A stretch of 62,462 nt of DNA, filler included, from Sphacelaria rigidula (lineage: Eukaryota): NCBI GenBank assembly GCA_964200075.2. It is 8 parts of 8 records of this genome, joined end to end, with 100 filler letters (N's around TTAATTAATTAA, not from the genome) between each part and the next. Parts side by side here need not be neighbours in the genome. Positions count along the whole stretch, not along the records: positions 54,743 to 62,462 come from CAXNAA020013678.1; 7 more parts are not named here. One strand, 5' to 3'. The translations under genes were made by a program, and so were the position numbers. Positions 62,457 to 62,462 of this stretch are shown here, piece by piece. Position 1 is the stretch's first letter; each line of letters begins with the position of its first letter. The notes beneath the pieces are model-generated. The model saw only the letters and a program-made list of their open reading frames with translations, was not told the origin of the DNA and did no database searches.

Positions 62457-62462
62457 CCCATA

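Overview
Eukaryotic, intron-rich, repeat-dense DNA; the style of the introns and the copia, RTE and SINE sequences is most consistent with a brown alga (Phaeophyceae), which is an inference. The window is not one locus. It is eight separate contigs of 7721, 7721 and then 6 x 7720 bp joined by seven identical 100-bp artificial linkers (44 N + TTAATTAATTAA + 44 N), so adjacency across linkers has no biological meaning. Recognisable genes are all partial: an 8-exon TRPC4AP/TRUSS-like gene (33360-38564 +), the last two exons of a cytochrome P450 (52916-52712 and 50028-49867, -), the terminal exon of an MFS transporter (6006-5479, -), a probable decaying multi-exon gene (44949-43114, -) and a few orphan exons. 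The rest is transposon-derived: an RTE-like LINE remnant, a copia RNase H remnant, two tRNA-derived SINE families and many MITE or foldback elements (TTAA-TSD, 8-bp-TSD and Harbinger-like). The two most interesting signals are a 5'-truncated retroposon family that ends in a C-run and duplicates C-run-initiated targets, and two unrelated 8-bp-TSD TIR elements inserted at the same GACCATTG site inside that retroposon. No prokaryotic-type system (CRISPR, operon, prophage) is supported.
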